The position numbers were made by a program, and so were the translations under genes. From Octopus sinensis (taxonomy: Eukaryota): a stretch of 64,000 nt of DNA. The stretch is from the NCBI RefSeq assembly GCF_006345805.1, contig NC_043011.1, positions 37,646,464 to 37,710,463 of the forward strand, written 5' to 3'. Every line of letters begins with the position of its first letter. Within the stretch, counting starts at the first letter, position 1. The notes beneath the pieces were generated by a model that was not told the DNA's origin, made no database searches, and saw only the letters and a program-made list of their open reading frames with translations. Below, piece after piece: positions 13,881 to 27,123 of this stretch.

Positions 13881-13898
13881 TTTATTTATTATTATTAT
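13725..13898. repeat. Compound (ATT)n(AGT)n(GTT)n microsatellite
   Basis: Direct reading; lies between two inverted PLE-tail copies. Confidence 0.95.
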
Positions 13899-14350
13899 AA
13901 ACTTTGTGTTAAGAGACAAGATGACGACAAATATCCATCGAATGAAAATAATGTACGTAATTCCTCATCACTTAAATATAGAACTGTATCAGCCTTGTAA
14001 GTTCTGCATTCAGTCATTTTCAAGGATGATTTTTGGTTAGGTGCAACATGAGTGTTGCCAGAGTAATTTGCATCTGGCTAGGTCTCATTCCCATCCCCAT
14101 CTTGTGATTTACAATTATGAGGCGTGGCCGGCGAGAGCGGCAGAATAACAGGAGCTGAATATATTTGGCCAATTTTGAATCTCAAAATATTTCAAATAAC
14201 TACTTGGCTGGTGTGTATTACCGATGCTGGATATTTTCTACTCAAAAAAATTATTTTCGAAGCAAGCTTACATGGAGTTGGATATATCATATATATCGCC
14301 CAGATATAGGACTCATCCAAGATACACTCACGCCCTAGTACGTGCACGAA

Positions 14351-14451
14351 TGACGTAAAGAGAGGCGAGGGGCACAGACTTAACACATATTACTAGCACG
14401 TTCAGTTTGACTTCTAAGTAATACCAAATCATTTATGTGACGTAAGATTGG
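14351..14451. promoter_or_regulatory. Possible cis-regulatory cluster: two TGACGTAA (CRE/ATF-like) motifs, the second next to ATTGG (CCAAT reverse)
   Basis: Motifs at 14351-14358 and 14438-14451 in locally GC-richer, non-repeat DNA. Motif match only. Confidence 0.2.
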
Positions 14452-14606
14452 TTCACGATTGACTCTGTCTGTAGCGAAACCGGTTCAGAAATCATCTCCC
14501 ATTAAAATTACAACCAGAATATACACACACAAACACGCACACACACATATATACAAACATACACACGCTCACAACATCAGACAAACACACACTCATATAC
14601 ATAGTG

Positions 14607-14646
<40 letters not shown>

Positions 14647-14647
14647 C

Positions 14648-14866
14648 TCTTTTAATCCTTTACTTGTTTCAGTAATTTGACTGCGACCATGCTGGAACAG
14701 CGTATTTAGTCGTGCAAATCGGCCCGGGACTTATTCTTTGTAAGCCCAGTACTTATTCTATCGGTCTCGTTTGCCAAACCGTTAAGTGACGGGGACGTAA
14801 TCACACCAGCGTTGGTTGTCAAACAATGTTAGGGGGACAAACAAAGACACACAAACATACACACAG

Positions 14867-14905
<39 letters not shown>

Positions 14906-15059
14906 TATATATATACGAGTATATATATATATACTCGTATATATACTCGTATATATACATCACGAGGCTTTGGTCGGCCCGAGACTATAGTAGAAGACAC
15001 TTGCTCATGGTGGCACACAGTGGGACTGAATCTACTTACCACACAACCACTACTGCGCT

Positions 15060-15060
<1 letters not shown>
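14648..15060 (-). mobile_element. tRNA-derived composite SINE carrying an internal (TA)/(CA) microsatellite
   Basis: On the minus strand: tRNA-like head (GTGTGGTAAGTAG...TTCAGTCCCACTG), a microsatellite middle, and the tail ...AATTACTGAAACAAGTAAAGG. The same architecture occurs at 19850 and 39215. Confidence 0.85.
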
Positions 15061-15143
<83 letters not shown>

Positions 15144-15554
15144 TGTGCGTGTGTTTGTGTGTGTATGTATATGAATATATATGTCTCAGTGTGCATCTCT
15201 GTGTACGTTTGTGTGCATGCATGTATGTGTGATGGATCAAAATATAAATACAATGAAAAGTATAATTTTGTAATATAAATATCATATAGTTTTAAACCCA
15301 GCAATAAGAAGTAAACAAGACGATTGTTAGACAAGCTTTTGTCTACGCATGAAAGAAACCTGAGGACAGATTCGACTACGTTTCAGTTTTTTAATACGTA
15401 ATAATTGATTTCACATGTATATATATATATACATATACGTATGTATGCATACATGTGTAAGTTTGTATGTATGCATCAATGTATGTATATACATATGTAT
15501 AGATATATATGCATATATATATAAATAAACATATATGTATAGATGTATAAATAC

Positions 15555-15593
<39 letters not shown>

Positions 15594-15855
15594 TGCATAT
15601 ATACATATATATATATACACGTGTATGCATGTACATTTGCATGTAGGTATATACATTGAGTGAAATATGTGGTTATCACAACAGAAGATAACTAGACAGA
15701 TTTATATTTAAAAATAATTATCACGGAATAAATACTGAAATATCTATTTTTATACATACACGTTTACATGGTTACATAAATATATATACATATATATCCT
15801 ATATATATATGCATATATATATATATATGCATATATATATATATATATATGTATG

Positions 15856-15921
<66 letters not shown>

Positions 15922-16110
15922 ATGCATCGATATGTATATACGTATATCACATTCACACAGACACTCATATATAATATATATATATATATGTATACGTACA
16001 TATATATATATATATACATATACCTATATATATGTGTATATTATGTGTGTACGTATATCACACACACATATAATATATATATATATATACACACACACAC
16101 AAACACACAA

Positions 16111-16165
<55 letters not shown>

Positions 16166-17744
16166 CTCACACACATTCAGAGACTCTTCGAGTATTACTT
16201 TGTTTCCTTCTCTCTCTTTCACTATTCTGTTTCGTTGTTTATTTGCTCCTCACCTTTTTTATTTATCTCTATTCGTCTACCTATCTCCATCTACCGCTTC
16301 CCTCTTCCCCCCTCCATGTTTATATACTCACTTGCGCGCACGCACAGCCGCGTACAAACACACACAAACACACACGCGCACTCACGCAGATATATCTAGG
16401 CATTTAGAGAGCGGGTGAGAGAGAGAGAGGGAGAGGGAGAATGGAAAATTGAAAGACAAAACATAACCACATAGAGAGGCCCATATTTATTTATTTTTTT
16501 CTGTATTTATTGATCTGTTTGTGTATCGACTTTTCTGTTGTTATAAATGTATCTCTTCGTGTTTTTGCGTTCCTTTATGATTCTGTTGGCGCCAGACATG
16601 TTATGTATGCAATGTTGTCGGTCTGCAATATTTTTTTTATATACCAGATCTCAACTGTCAATTTCTATAATATGATGGGCTTATTTTTTAATTAATTATT
16701 GTTTTTTTAAATTTCTTTTTTCTTCATATGCGATGTTTTCAAAAAAAATTATTTAGTGCTTTTATTTCTATTGTTTAAATTTTTTGACAAAAAAATATTC
16801 ATAAGTGATATAAAATATACAATGAACCAAAAACTAAAAGATTCTATTGTTTTTATGAAATGTCTCTTTTATAATCTTTTTCTTTCTTTTATTTTCAACG
16901 TTAGATATCTCTCATGCTGAGATTCTTTTCACTCTTATTATCATGGTTACATTCGTCATTACTTTTGCTGGTTTTAGTGACGTTGTTTCTTTTGCGTTGC
17001 TGTTTTTTTTTGTTTCTTTTTAACGTATTAAGCAAGCAAAGCAAATATTCATGAGTGCATAACTCATTAACTTCAACGAAATGAGACAATAAAATACTAA
17101 CATGAAAACTCAGACTTCGCCCACGTAGAAAAATATTCGAAAGCGAGAGACATAAAATCAAATAAACCAAAGAAAAAAAAAACAGCGAAAGAATTTGTAA
17201 CTAGAAGCATTATGGAAACATATTTAGCTCTGGTAAATTTCTTTATCCTAATTATCGATAAATACAATTATTTTGTTATGCTAATTTCTCTTCATTTACT
17301 TGCTGGTTTATTTTCTGTTTACATGGACCCTTCTTTTCTTTAATAGTTTTAAAATAAAGCATTTGAAGAAAATATTTCTCGATGAAATGAAAAATAAAAG
17401 AAAAAGTAGAAAGTTCCAGAATTGAATTACAATAATACTGGATTTAAACGGTATTGAATACAAGAAGCAAACGGAAATAATAATCGATTCGGTACCGGAT
17501 AACCAGCTTGTTGTTTGCGCCCATTTATCGTGAAAACATCAGACCTGGAGCCAAGGCAATTAGGTTTTGAAGCCCACTACAAATAAACAGGCTCATTTAT
17601 GAGGTTATGTAGTTACGTTGCTTGTTTTGCAATCAGGTAAGTCTCGGTTCAATTTCATAACGGGGCAATTTGGACAAGTAAATTTCAATATCACCCTGGG
17701 CCAACGAATGCCTACAGGGCAGAGGTTGTAGATGGAAGCTGTGG

Positions 17745-18080
17745 CAGCCGTCATACATACATACATACATATATCACGTGATCACGTGACCGACCAGACC
17801 ATCAGAAGTTGTTACACATCGCTGGTCACAATGCGTTCGCATTGTTTTAGCCTTCGTATGACGCCACCCCGCTGGCTAAGCGAGCAGGCCAACAGAAGAA
17901 AGAGTGAGAGAAATAGTGGTGAAAGAGTACAGCAGGTATCACCACCCCCTGTCGGAGCGTCGTGGAGCTTTTAGGTGTTTTCGCTCAATAAACACAGACA
18001 ACGCCTGATCTGGGAATCGAAACCGCGATCCTACGACCACGAGTCCGCTGCCCTAACCACTGGGCCATTGCGCCTCCACA
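17745..18080 (-). mobile_element. OR1-like-head SINE with a third tail type ending in CACGTG-CACGTG and (TATG)n
   Basis: Head and body match the 11464 copy. The 3' 150 nt are unrelated to the V-type and Nin-like tails. Confidence 0.8.
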
Positions 18081-18084
18081 CACA

Positions 18085-18128
<44 letters not shown>

Positions 18129-18872
18129 CATACATATAGATAGATAGAGAGATACATATATATAAACAAGTATATGTATGTATATATACATATGTGTGTA
18201 TGTTTGTATGTATACATATACATATGTACATATATATATATGCATGTTTGTATATAGGCAATTTTGCTGTTGAAAATGCACCTACATTTGAAAAAAACGT
18301 TGTTTTCTTCAACTCACCTATATATTGCGTCCAGCTCACATTGCAGATGCACAACTTCTCTAGGGTTCTGTACTGAGAGCATTAGATTCATTGGAAGAAA
18401 GCAGCGAATGTATACGAAAACAAGGACGAAAGAAATACGGAAAATGTTACACGAATACAAATAACAGGACATAACAACAGGTGTCTTTCGACTGCGGACG
18501 GATTAAATTGAGCTGGGGTGTGAGGAAATGTAGCCTAACGGCAGGGATACAAGATTCCACAGGCAAAGGGAGGAATATAGATGTTGCACGGACGACGGTC
18601 GAAGCAAGAAAGAAAGATCAGTTTTCGCCGAATACCAGTCACGTGGAGAGAGAAGAGAGAGATAGTTAGAGGTAGGGGGACAGAAGAATTAAGGAGGGGC
18701 GATAAAAGAATGACAGGAACACAGTGAAGTGAAAAGAGGAGGGAAAGTCAGCAACAAGAGAAGGCAGGGAAATGTCAGAGAGGCGGAACGAAAGAGGGAG
18801 GAGTGGAATGAAGGAATAAGCGTGAAAAGACTGATAGAAAGAAAGAATAGAGTCGTATAAGATTTAAGTAAA

Positions 18873-18953
18873 ATATATACTTGCATGTAAGAGACTAAAG
18901 TGTACGTACGCCGCTATATATATATATATATTATATATATATATATCTATATA

Positions 18954-18984
<31 letters not shown>

Positions 18985-19028
18985 GCGGCGTACGTACACT
19001 TTAGAGAGACTAAAGTGTACGTACGCCG

Positions 19029-19066
<38 letters not shown>

Positions 19067-19111
19067 TATATATAGCGGCGTACGTACACTTTAGTCTCTT
19101 ACTTGCAAGTA

Positions 19112-19116
<5 letters not shown>
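18873..19116. repeat. Nested inverted repeats: A-(TA)n-A'-A-(TA)n-A'
   Basis: Unit CTAAAGTGTACGTACGCCGC occurs four times in alternating orientation. The outer 42-bp arms differ at one position. Confidence 0.9.
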
Positions 19117-19186
<70 letters not shown>

Positions 19187-19487
19187 GTATATATATGTAT
19201 AATACAAAATGGGACAAGAACACAAAACATCCAGACAGTTACGCGGTGCAAACACGAACATCACAGACACACAAGTACAAGCTCGTGCCTACAAGTAGAC
19301 ATTTCAATGAAACATATCTGTGCGTGCCTTGGGAGGGGTGCATGTGTATAGATGTATGAGTGTAAGTGTGTGTGTGTGTAGGTCAAGTCACATTTTGGAC
19401 ATGTTTTAATCCTTTGTATAAAATATTATATAAGTACGTATTTTTACTTCGACGTTATGCGTTGTGAGAGGGATAGTATGTTCATAT

Positions 19488-19580
<93 letters not shown>

Positions 19581-19849
19581 TATAATATATAAAAATTTTG
19601 CAATTAAGGACAACCACTTAATAAGGAAAACTTAACAAGAAATTGTCAGGTAGATAGCGTAAAAACCTCATAAGAGAAAAAATTTCGAAAATAATTATTT
19701 CTTATTGAACATATTAATTTATATATAGAGGGCATAATTATAATTATGTATAATTATGCCCTGTATAATTATGCCCTCTATATATAAATTTATATAAATA
19801 TATATATATATATTTATATATATAGTTTGTATTCGTCTATAAACATACT

Positions 19850-20225
19850 CTTTTACTTGTTTCAGTCATTTGAGTGTGGCGATGCTGGAACAACGCCTAT
19901 AGTCTAGTAAATTCACCACAGGACTTATTCTTTGTAAGCCTAGTCCTTATTCTATCGATCTATTTTGCCGAATCGCTAGGCCGCGGGGACGCAAACACAC
20001 TAGAATCGGTTATTAAGCGATATTGGGGGGACATACACAGACACACAAACATATATATATATATATATATGTATATATTTAGATTCCGTCTTCCAAATCA
20101 ACTCACAAGTCTTTGATCGGCCCGAGGCTATATTAGCAGACACTTGCCCAAGGTGCCACGCAGTGGGACTGAACCCGGAACCATTTGGTTGGTAAGCAAG
20201 CTAACTACCACACAGTTACTCCTAT
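19850..20225 (-). mobile_element. Composite SINE with internal microsatellite (same family as 14648)
   Basis: Colinear with 14648-15060. Confidence 0.85.
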
Positions 20226-20230
20226 GTATG

Positions 20231-20288
<58 letters not shown>

Positions 20289-21121
20289 GTGAATTCAAAT
20301 AAAGAGACAACTAAAAAGCAGAGAAAAAAAACAATGTGAGGACGTGCACAAAAAATGTATGTGTTTGACCCTCGTTGAACGGAGAGGGTAGCTGTAAACA
20401 TTTCGGACATAGCCCTTCGTTGGAAACAGGAAAGTCCAAAGAAAGAAAGGAATTATCGCCAACGGTTCACGCGCGGTTACCTTTCTGAAAGTATATATAT
20501 AGTCGTTAAAGTGGTTCAGCTTTAAATTTAAGGTCATGTTGGAGCACTATTTGAAACTTCAGATATATGTCATTTGGTGAAAGAGGGTGTTTAACGCTGC
20601 TGCCCTCATCTGTGTTTCCTGTCGTGGGGTAGGCTCATATGTAACCTTTGCCAGAATATATATGAATATATATATACGTTATAAATTAGAACAACAGTAA
20701 GTCGTAATTATAGTACTTGGAGTATCAAATGCCGTAGCGAAGAGCTACGCTACATTCACGTCGGCTATTAACGGCAACAGACTATGAAAAACCGTTGAAT
20801 CAAAGGGAAGTTACTCTAATTGGTAGAAAAGAAAAAAAGAAAAAAAGATAAATACACGCAACCGTATTCTCACCATACATTGACATAAACATCCTGCGTT
20901 CCTAACGTCCAATTACGTACACACAAAAACATATATACGTACATGCACATACACATACAAACATATATGTCCATGTCCGTACACATGCATACACACATAT
21001 CCACACAAACACGCACATATATACATGTATATATATATACACACACATATATATATGTATATATATATATGTATATACACATATGTATATATATTTATAT
21101 TTATATATATGTATGTATTAC

Positions 21122-21158
<37 letters not shown>

Positions 21159-21164
21159 CAAAAA

Positions 21165-21201
21165 CTGTCCGATGAACGGCACGGGAAACTCAGAGTAACA
21201 G
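21165..21201 (+). ncRNA. Degenerate minimal hammerhead ribozyme
   Basis: CTGT-CCGATGA-acggcacgg-GAAAC-tcaga-GTA-ACAG. Stems I and III are intact, the core has U4>C, and stem II is weak. Confidence 0.5.
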
Positions 21202-21304
21202 GTTAAATTTTCTGCTGCTTTAAATAAAGCATATTACTCTACCACTGGTATTTGAGTAATCTTTTTTCCACATTGTTTCACATTTATGTGTTTACTCCGG
21301 TATA

Positions 21305-21350
<46 letters not shown>

Positions 21351-21442
21351 ATGTGTATATATATCTAAAGGTAGGATAAAATTTGTAGAAAAAAATTTTA
21401 TCAATGGCCAGCATATTATAAAATACCTTTAAAGGTTTAATT

Positions 21443-21678
21443 ATAAACAACTTATAAATAAGGGCAAACGAAAAAATTCCTAATGCCAAATTTGCTGAAA
21501 ATTAGACATATTGTCTCTATACCATATAACTTTTTTTTGTCTCAGTACGCACACTACTCGAAAAAAAGTCGACAGAAATCTCTAAAAAAACTCGATTATT
21601 ACCATATCGGACCGAATTCAGGGTTAGTTCAAAAAGAACCCTCCCTTCTTCAGTGATACAAGTGATTTATAAGTTGTT

Positions 21679-21683
<5 letters not shown>
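21443..21683. mobile_element. TA-embedded element with 18-bp terminal inverted repeats and a decayed internal hammerhead (21605-21657, minus strand)
   Basis: TATAAACAACTTATAAAT ... ATTTATAAGTTGTTTATA. Minus strand reads TATCA-CTGAAGA-AGGG..GTTCtttttGAAC..CCCT-GAAT-tcg-GTC-CGATA. Confidence 0.55.
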
Positions 21684-21729
<46 letters not shown>

Positions 21730-21904
21730 ATTATATATATATAAAGACACAGGGAGGATTGGGTATTCGATACCTTTGGCAACTCGATGTCCAAAATTTA
21801 AAATTTTTGTTGTAATAGTTACTGCTCTATTGTTTAGAGTGGTTTTCTTGTCTGATATATGCTTTATTGACTATGTGTATTGATATATATATATAATATA
21901 TATA

Positions 21905-21935
<31 letters not shown>

Positions 21936-23080
21936 AGCACGCAAATAGAGAAACGGAAAGATTAAACCTCTATTCGTAAGACAGTAGTTATATATATATA
22001 TATATATATATATTCATCTACATATATATGTGTGTATGACTGCTTTCTTATGTATAGAGCTGTAATCTTCCCGCTCCTCCGTTTGTGTGTTTGTCTGCAT
22101 AAGTGTATTTGTATTTGTACCTGTTATGTTTATGCAGACGAAGGCAAATATCACTGTGGCTTATTTTTACTTCGACGTCATATGTTTATATCGGAAGAAC
22201 TTAGTGCGGTCATATGTTACGTACTTTGATCTCTTATAACATTGTGTAGTTCTATCAACATACTTAATTGCTTATCAGTGACAATACCTGCCAGCTATAT
22301 TCCGTTCTAAGAGTCAACCGTTTCTCGTTAAAAGCTAAGTGAATAAGAGCAACGATGGTCTCTGTGTGTGCGTTAATATACATATATGTATGTGTGTGTT
22401 ATATGTATGTATGTATGTATTGTATGTGCACAGCACAGTAAAATTTACTGTGTCAAGCAGCTGTTTTTAGATAAGTATAAGCCAGTAGGCAAATAGATTG
22501 CATTAGATCTTTACATTTCCCATTGTCGTTATAAGCTAAAGCTACATTGTTAAGAAATCTGTACTTTTATTATGAACATAATTAAAGCAATCCAGTGATT
22601 TTGCATTTCACTAGTTGAGCAATTTTATCCCAATTTACTTAGATTACATCAACGATTAATACAAACATGTAGATACAATCTCTCGCCCTCAAGCACACAA
22701 ACACTGACGCTCTTAGACACAGGAATACATACAGAAACAGACACATACACATACATAAATACACACAAAAACTCATTGGCAAATACATTGCCAAATGCCG
22801 TTATGAAGCATTTTGACCTACTTTATCAATTGAACTAAGCCACCACAGTAAATGCTGTCTTGTTTTTGAAACTTGCTTGTATATGTATGAACGTGTGTAT
22901 GTATATAGACATGTATGTATATAGACAAAAATAAAGGAACAAAAAGACAAACAGCTGGTTTCAAGTCATGACATTTGTATATGTATGATTCGATATAAAT
23001 TTAGCCATGGAAATAAATGTTACAGGAACTAAAATAAGAGACAGGATGAGAATTAAGATAGGTAGGATTCCACCCGCAGA

Positions 23081-23119
<39 letters not shown>

Positions 23120-23255
23120 ATAAATATATGTGTGTATATGTGTGTGTCTGAGTATGTATGTGTGTATATACATATATACATACACACATGTATATGCGCA
23201 ATACATATCAATATTTATGTACATATGCATCTATATGTGAGTAGGAAGCCGAGTA

Positions 23256-23307
23256 TGTCTTCTCTGAGGAGCGATCAAGAAACACTGAAACTATCCGCCA
23301 GGAGACA
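23256..23307 (+). ncRNA. Degenerate minimal hammerhead ribozyme
   Basis: TGTCTTCT-CTGAGGA-...-GAAAC-tatcc-GCC-AGGAGACA. Stem I has 8 bp, the cleavage triplet is mutated (GCC), and stem II is decayed. Confidence 0.5.
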
Positions 23308-23469
23308 TTCATCTTTTGTCCGCACATCAAATGCACGCAAAGAATGTACTTACATTTCTGTTTTACCCCCTTTCTAATATTCACATTTATTATAGTCAGG
23401 ATTCTCGTTGCATTTTGCATTAAAATATTTGCTTCAAAACATAATTATTTTCTCTTCTTATTTATGTTC

Positions 23470-23765
23470 CCTTTTCAAGCCTAGCCAGTCTCATGGGCCT
23501 GGTTTCCCGGTTCCTATGGTGTATGTGTTTCCTCCCAAGCTGGACGGAACGCCAGTCATTTGCAGCATTACTCAAGAAACAGGAAGAAAGAATGAGAGAA
23601 AGTTGGGGTGAAAGAGTGCAGCAGGAGTCGCCACCACCCGCTGCCGGAGCTTCGTGAAGCTTTAGATGTTTTCTCTCAATAAATATATACAACATCCGGT
23701 CTGGGAATCGAAACTGCGACCCTCTGACCGCGAATCCGCTGCCCTAAACACGGGTCCATTGCGAA
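23470..23765 (-). mobile_element. OR1-like SINE with V-type tail
   Basis: Colinear with 1505-1762 and 11464-11747. Confidence 0.8.
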
Positions 23766-24314
23766 TCCACGTGAAAACATAATTGCTTTAGCTATATATT
23801 GTTATTCACTTGTTGTCTGTAACATGACAACTTTGCACATTGAGTACCTTCTACAGTATAGCTACTTTATGGCTGCTTTATCAATACCAGTATGACGTAG
23901 AAAATATCCCATTGATAAAGAAGGATATTTTGTCTAGTGTATCCTGCACATTAAAGTCCTATTAAACATCAATACCATTCTTATGTTGTTCAATGTAAGC
24001 GTTTGTAATATTTACGCTTATACGTGTATGTTAGTGTGTATGTATGTGTATGTGTGTCCGTGGGCGTGTGTGTGTTTATGTATATGTGTATGTATATATA
24101 TGTGTGTGTGTGTGTGTGCGTGAGTTTATGTGGAAGTCACGCTGTTAGGATGTTGCACATACGATAACTGGATAGTGGATTCGATGGGCAGACCAAGAGG
24201 TGCATTTTGTTCTTGAGCAAAACACTTCATTTTATTTTGTCAACTCCCTAGATAGATAGACGGACAGCAGGCAGGCAGGCAGACAGTCATACTGACAGAT
24301 AGATAGATAGAGAA

Positions 24315-24346
<32 letters not shown>

Positions 24347-24662
24347 AATAGATAGATATCGAATCATGGTAAATGGCATTGACTGTGCATTATCCGTTCG
24401 GACTCTGTTCGCAACGAGATAATGATCCAAATGCGAGTTCAGTTTGACATTTATTGCAAAATTTGAGGTGAGATCATGGGCTGTCGCAACATGCACTGGA
24501 GTGACGGTATGTAGCAAGCAAGTGTCCATCCATCAAGAATGATATTTGGAGTTCCGAAGAGGATTACATACCATTTTAGTTTCTTCCGTGTCTGTTTAGG
24601 TTACCTATTGCTAATTCAGTGCAGGAAACCTTAGTCGATATAGACAGGTGCGTGCATGGTTC

Positions 24663-25915
24663 TACTGGGTGTTCCCACAAATAATGCAGGTTTTATTTTC
24701 TAATTGCATGAACTAAAAGTCGGAGGCGGGGCGAGATAAACTATTCGCATGAATTTGTTATAAAAATAGGTATTAATTTTACCTTGTCCTTATTCTTAGA
24801 GCAAGTTTTAAAGAGTGCAGTTTGATACCAATGGTTATGTTTTCAAAGCTATAATGAAAATGACAAAGCGGCATATTCGGGATATTTTGCTTTAAGTGTT
24901 CAATAAAGGAAACAATGCAACAGTAAGTGCGAGGAATATTGATGCAGTACATGAGGATCGGGCAATAAACATAACCTAGTGTCAACAGGGATTCCACAAA
25001 TTCCAAGCCGCAAACCACAGCCTACGGGACGAGCATCATCCTGAAAGATCTCTAAAGATCGACGAGGACGTACCGCAAGCTTTGGTGGAGCAAAATCCTA
25101 TCGTAACTGTTGAGAAACTAGGAGAAAATTTTGAATTTGGTGATTCAACCATTCATGGACACCTACGTGCCATCGGAAAACCGGCAAATTGGTTCAATGG
25201 CTTCCTCACACTTTCCGAGTCTAATCGCGCATAAAATGTGAATGTGTGTGCTTCTTTGTTGTCACGTTTCACAAATAAACCTTTTGTGGACCGAATAGTG
25301 AGTGATGTCGATAAATAAATTCTCTATAAACATGTCAAGCACCCAAGACAATGGGTAAGGAAAGGAGAAACACCGGCAACCCAGGCTAAGAAGGTCTTCG
25401 CACACGTAAGGTGTTGTTATGTTTGGAATGAGATGAAAGGTTTAATCCACTTTTAACATTTAAACACAACCCAACCGATAACAAAGGAGTTATGCTGCGA
25501 GAAGCTTGAGCGGTTTAAGTCAAAGCTAGAAGAAAAAAAATGGCCATCTTTGGTTTCAAGACGAAAAGTGTCAACTTAATTATCCATCAGGATAATGCTT
25601 GGCCACTTACAGCAGGGATGACATTCTAAAGGCTGGAGCAGTTTGAATTGGAAAAGAGGTCACCCACCATATTCACCAGACATTGCCCCATCTGATTACC
25701 ATTTATTCCGCTATCTTCAAAATAATTTGGATGGAAAAAATATGAATTCTGTAGATGAGGTCAGAACAGTGCTGGAGGAGTATTTTTCGTCACGGACAAC
25801 TGAATTTTGGAAGAGGGGCCTTGCAAGTCTACCAGATAGATGGAAGAACATTGTAGATAATGAAGGAGAGTATAGTTTAGATTAAAAAATAACTTTGTTC
25901 GTCTTAATTTTGAAG
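24663..25915 (+). mobile_element. Near-full-length decayed mariner; transposase pseudogene from about 24854 to 25885
   Basis: Left TIR TACTGGGTGTTCCCACAAATAATGC. Remnants include MKMTKRHIRDILL, QWLPH (WVPHEL-like) and HPPYSPDIAPSDYHLFRYLQNNLDGK...GEYSLD*. Multiple stops and frameshifts; right TIR eroded. Confidence 0.9.
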
Positions 25916-26862
25916 ATGGGTGTCAACGTTTGCTACGTTTCTGCTTCTGTTCCCACCAGTTACACATCCTTGTTATCATCTGTGCCCGATTTTCTACCAG
26001 TTTTTTTTTTCTGGTCACTATAATTGTCTTTCACTACCTTCGTTTAGAACTGTTTTCTCTGTACGACACTCTCTTTCAAAGATTCTATATTTGTAGCGAT
26101 GCAAACGTTATGAGAAATTGAATTAGTTGAAAATATGATGATAAATATTATGTAAATAATTTTGTATGTTAATGCATAGATATTTATAACATATGCACAA
26201 GAAAATATAGAGATATTTCACTTTCAATACTGTTAATCTAAACATAGTTGTAAATGAATGAACATGGATTTTTAGATATTTGTAGGTCGATATCTTATGA
26301 TTTAAACATATTATATTTTAGAATTGCTTTGATTATAGTCTGTTATGTGAACGAATAAAGAATTTGGTATTAACATTTGCGGAATTTCAAATTTAAATTT
26401 TGCGATGCAATGATAAATGTAAAGCTTTTATTAGCTGGTTTTATCAAGAGTCCATTAGCAAAATAAATGTTAATTCTTTGACGATAAATCGGGAAATTTT
26501 AAGCTGGTTAATAACCAAAGATATTTCTGTAAGAGCTTGAACTCTACATTTTTGCCTTTGACTTTCGTTGATTTGCATATCTTGTATTGAGTTCTGCATT
26601 GATGTCAGTTCTTATCAATCACTATATTCCGGATACGTATAAACAGTCTGTGACATACGTACAAACACACGCATACTTGTACAGATACATACATACATAC
26701 ATACATGCATACATACATACATACATACATACATACATACATACATACATACATACATACTTGTGTGTGTGCACGCGTGTGGGTGTCTGTGAGTGTATAT
26801 ATATATATATGTGTGTGTGTGCGCGCGTGTGAATTTCTGTGAGTATATATATGTATGTGTGT

Positions 26863-27088
26863 GTGTACATATAGATATATACATACATTTATATATATAC
26901 ATATATACCAATATATATATATATGTGTGTGTGTGTGTGCGTTTGTGCATATGAATGATTGTGTGTGCCTCTGTGTGTGCGTGTGTGCCTCTCTGTGTGT
27001 GTGCTTCTCTGTGTGAGTGTATGCCTCTGTGTGTGTGTGTGTACATATAGATATATACATACATTTATATGTATATACATATATACCA

Positions 27089-27123
<35 letters not shown>

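Noticed and set aside
15059-16418. Many long ORFs of the YIYI, CVCV and HTHT type, including 196 aa and 184 aa; also 26587-27251, 38112-38865 beyond the donor, and 57712-58231
   Set aside because: They are translations of (TA)n/(CA)n microsatellites, which lack stop codons in some frames.
22129-22220. DEGKYHC resembling the Ig-domain DxGxYxC motif
   Set aside because: Single short motif next to low-complexity DNA; two frames are equally open.
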